A stretch of DNA of 64,000 bases, taken from positions 21,610,912 to 21,674,911 of the forward strand of contig NC_092675.1 of assembly GCF_964355755.1 (NCBI RefSeq), given 5' to 3'. Position numbers and translations under genes: made by a program. The notes beneath the pieces are model-generated. The model worked only from the letters and a program-made list of their open reading frames with translations, searched no databases and was not told the origin of the DNA. The DNA comes from Antedon mediterranea. Taxonomy: Eukaryota; Animalia; Echinodermata. Below are positions 61,401-64,000 of the stretch, piece by piece (positions within the stretch are counted from its first letter, which is position 1; every line of letters starts with the position of its first letter).

Positions 61401-63151
61401 CCTGTTGGTCATTTACTGTTAAAGGTGATGGCTGTGCAGATCTCTGAATCAGAACAATGTTATTGATTATTATTTAGGATTATGTCATGGAAAAAATAGG
61501 TTGGCACATTTTGACATGCAAAGCATTATTAGTTTTTAACAAAACAATTAAAAAAAACTTACGACATTTAAAGAAGCTAAAGCTGCATTTCGTAAAGAGG
61601 CCAAATCCTCATCATCCTAAAGAGATAATAAAAATAATAAATGTAAAACACATCTGTTTTCTATTTTTTTTATTGTGCTGCATTTTTTTAACATTAGATC
61701 TCTAAAATTAAAAATGCAATTGCTACTGTGAAAAGTAACCTCAGTTACTGGTTTTGGTCTACAATGAAAGCTAACCTTCTTCCTTCATAAAACATTTTCC
61801 ACAGTTTGCATATATATTTTTCTGTACAGGTACTGTAGTCTCCTTCTTAGCCTAACTAAGCTAGGCATAGTTAGTAGTAGCCTAGGCTAGCTATCAGTAG
61901 AATGTAGTACTAAGTAGTAGTATTGGGATATGACCGGTTGGGCCGCCGACAAGTTGAGCCGCCGGTGATTTCTATGAAACGCCCAGTGCATGCGTCTTTT
62001 ACGACATTTCGCGTAGTGATTAGGATGGTGTCCTAGTACACAAGTTCATGGTCTTGGTTTATTGGTCATGAAAATAAATAATATATATAATTACATATTA
62101 CAATTAACAACACAGCAAAGGAAAGTAGTAATATTTAATAATTTAATTGTTTTAATCTTTCGAGGAAAAAATTCAGTGCACTCATAATTTTTCTCGCGTG
62201 TAGGCCTACCACGTAAAGTCACGTTGTCTCTCTCAGGACGACTAATTAATAGAGTATTAACATTCTTCGAATGAGGTTAAATAAATATTATTTTTTATTT
62301 ACTAATCTTTTAATATAATATTTTATTGAATTTTACATTGTTAATACACAAAATATTTTACTAAAAAACGTGATTTTATGTAATTATTTTACCGAAAAAT
62401 GGAGTAGGCCTAGTTCATACAACTGCCGACTGAGGGGCAACATGTTTACGTCATTTTTGGCTAAAAACGATCACTTTCGGTGATTTTTTATATTTTGGAA
62501 TCTACAAGCCAGATTTTCATAATTATTTAATTATAATATTTAACAATATATATATACTAAAAACCATGATATATAAACTTTTGAATGTACATCGTTATCC
62601 CTAATATAAATAGAACGAGCACCGGCGAAAGTTAGCATTTGGCGTTCCATAGAAAATAACGTTTTTCTGGCGGCGGCTCAACTTGGCCTAATCCGTAGTA
62701 TTTACTTAGTTAGTAGTAGGCCCCTATCATTCTTCCTATGATTAGAAGAAGTTCTTTTTAAAATCTTAAATCAACTGTTTGTCTCTCAAAACATTTATTG
62801 TCGTTGCTTGGTTGCATCTGTCTAATGCTTACATTATAATTTTAAAAGCCTAGACCTACCTAGTGGGCTAGGCCTAAAGAGTGAGCTACAGTCCTACTAG
62901 TCAGTCAGCCCTCTCTACTACTACAATTCGATTCGTCGAAAGACACGATGTATCATCAGCGAGGCCTAGCTTATTAATTAGGCTTGAATAGAAACAAATC
63001 TGTAGTTTAAACATTTATGGTAAATAAGTTATACTCTACAGATTATAATACTCCTATTTAGCTACAAAATAATAGTTCCAATATTATATTTCTTATATAA
63101 ACAGTACAACAATAATAATATTATTTTTCATACCTCAAAATCAGACGCCAT
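58429..63151 (-). CDS. Uncharacterised highly charged low-complexity protein with C-terminal coiled coil (about 812 aa), probably nuclear
   Basis: Exons 63134-63151 (MASDFE), 61563-61616 (DDEDLASLRNAALASLNV), 61285-61443 (DEDDNLEALRLAALKT), 59138-60779 (S/E/D-rich then R/D/K-rich) and 58429-58994 (SLHERLG, SVKLRLG, SVKERL; LELKIRRIQEKNAAILKRQREIEEDKEKYGK*). Phases are consistent. The tail loosely recalls the CCDC9-type coiled coil, but identity is not established. Confidence 0.85.
60986..61085 (+). mobile_element. Short degenerate DINE-1/HINE-like copy (family 2)
   Basis: TTTTTAGTTGCGTGCAAATGCGACTCTACAGCTCACTATGTCGGTCGG...CGCGACTGCGGCCA. Confidence 0.6.
61926..62694. mobile_element. Mutator-like MITE
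   Basis: GGAT...ATCC ends; inverted blocks CAAGTTGAGCCGCC and TTCTATG.AACGCC; 9-bp flanks GTAGTATTG / GTAGTATTT. Confidence 0.65.
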
Positions 63152-63349
63152 TTTAAATTAAAAGGCGCCCTCTTGAATTATGATGACGTCATTATACATT
63201 GCGCATGCGTGTAGACTTAAGTTCCGTCGTCAAAAAAAAGAGTAAACATTCAAATACAGATCCCCGCGAACTGGAATCACAGAATTACTCTGTCTTGTGT
63301 TCAACTTGATATTAATCGTTCAAAAGAAGTTGTTTCGTTCAAAGTAAGT
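63143..63349. promoter_or_regulatory. Likely bidirectional housekeeping promoter
   Basis: YY1-like CGCCATTTT over the ATG; CRE TGACGTCA 63184-63191; NRF1-like TGCGCATGCG 63200-63209. A plus-strand donor AAA|GTAAGT at 63344 suggests a divergent first exon. Confidence 0.55.
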
Positions 63350-63540
63350 CTATAAAATAAATGTTAAACTGTTTTTAAATTGTTGTTTTATATTCTTGTT
63401 TTCATCTTGTATTATCGTAATCAGACTCATCCCCAGGTATTTCGTTCGTATACAGGAGACAGACACCACACCTCAGTCATACCTACTACTAGCTAGTCTA
63501 CCAGTCAGGTATACCGTGCAATACAGGAACAGTAGGCCTA

Positions 63541-63620
63541 CCGTATATTTCGGTGTATAAGTCGCACTTTTGACACGCAAATTTGACCTCTAAATTAAGG
63601 GTGCGTCTTATACACCGAAC
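63541..63620 (+). mobile_element. Left end of a Tc1/mariner (Tc2/pogo-like) element
   Basis: TA|CCGTATATTTCGGTGTATAAGTCGCA with internal inverted TGCGTCTTATACACCGAA. No matching right TIR was found. Confidence 0.5.
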
Positions 63621-64000
63621 ATAAATGCCTCACCACACAGATTTTACATAGGCCTAGGCTATCGTCACCTCGTTTTCTAGGCCTGAGTAGGCTAGGCCTA
63701 GCTACAGTAACTAACTAACGTAACGGCAACTTGCTTCTGCCTAGGCCTAGTTTTCAAGTCATTTTAGCATGATGTTATACTAAATATGATGAAAAGATTT
63801 GTTCATTATGGCGCTCCGATAAAATATCATTTGTAAACGTTTACGTCGTACGATTGGAATAGTATTTATTTATACAGTAGTTATACGCACGATCGCCGTA
63901 CCCCAAGCGCAAGCCCTTCTTTTGGTGGCCACATGGTGTACGGTATTCGACTAGGCCTAGTATATTCTCCATGTGATTATAGCATGGACCTAGCGTACAC

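Overview
AT-rich, intron-rich animal genomic DNA, probably a marine invertebrate deuterostome (inferred from the Deu/Nin-type SINE and the Penelope, Helentron and CR1 repertoire; not provable here). The ORF track shows only fragments, so the gene models below were spliced by hand using GT-AG sites and phase continuity. The main content is a cluster of four paralogues. A, B and D share a Draper/Nimrod-like N-terminus (signal peptide, EMI domain, CCxG[WY], NIM-type EGF). Gene A (minus, 40121-51401, 26 exons, about 1204 aa) is a single-pass receptor with a tyrosine-kinase domain that looks catalytically impaired: HRD is HRN, as in ErbB3, and the Gly-loop is degenerate. Gene B (minus, 20766-31990, 19 exons, about 900 aa) has the same ectodomain and TM but stops before the kinase. 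Gene C (plus; only its 3' part, 790-about 8729, is in the window) is another TM paralogue with no visible kinase. Gene D (minus, about 12451-17603) is a short, apparently secreted EMI-NIM protein. Also present: a gene for a highly charged low-complexity protein (minus, 58429-63151) under a likely bidirectional promoter; an apparently identical 2267-bp tandem duplication; CR1/L2 and L1-type LINEs; Penelope-like elements, one with a hammerhead motif; DINE-1-like Helentron derivatives; MITEs; a SINE; and a nested tandem repeat. No rRNA, true tRNA or CRISPR array was seen.
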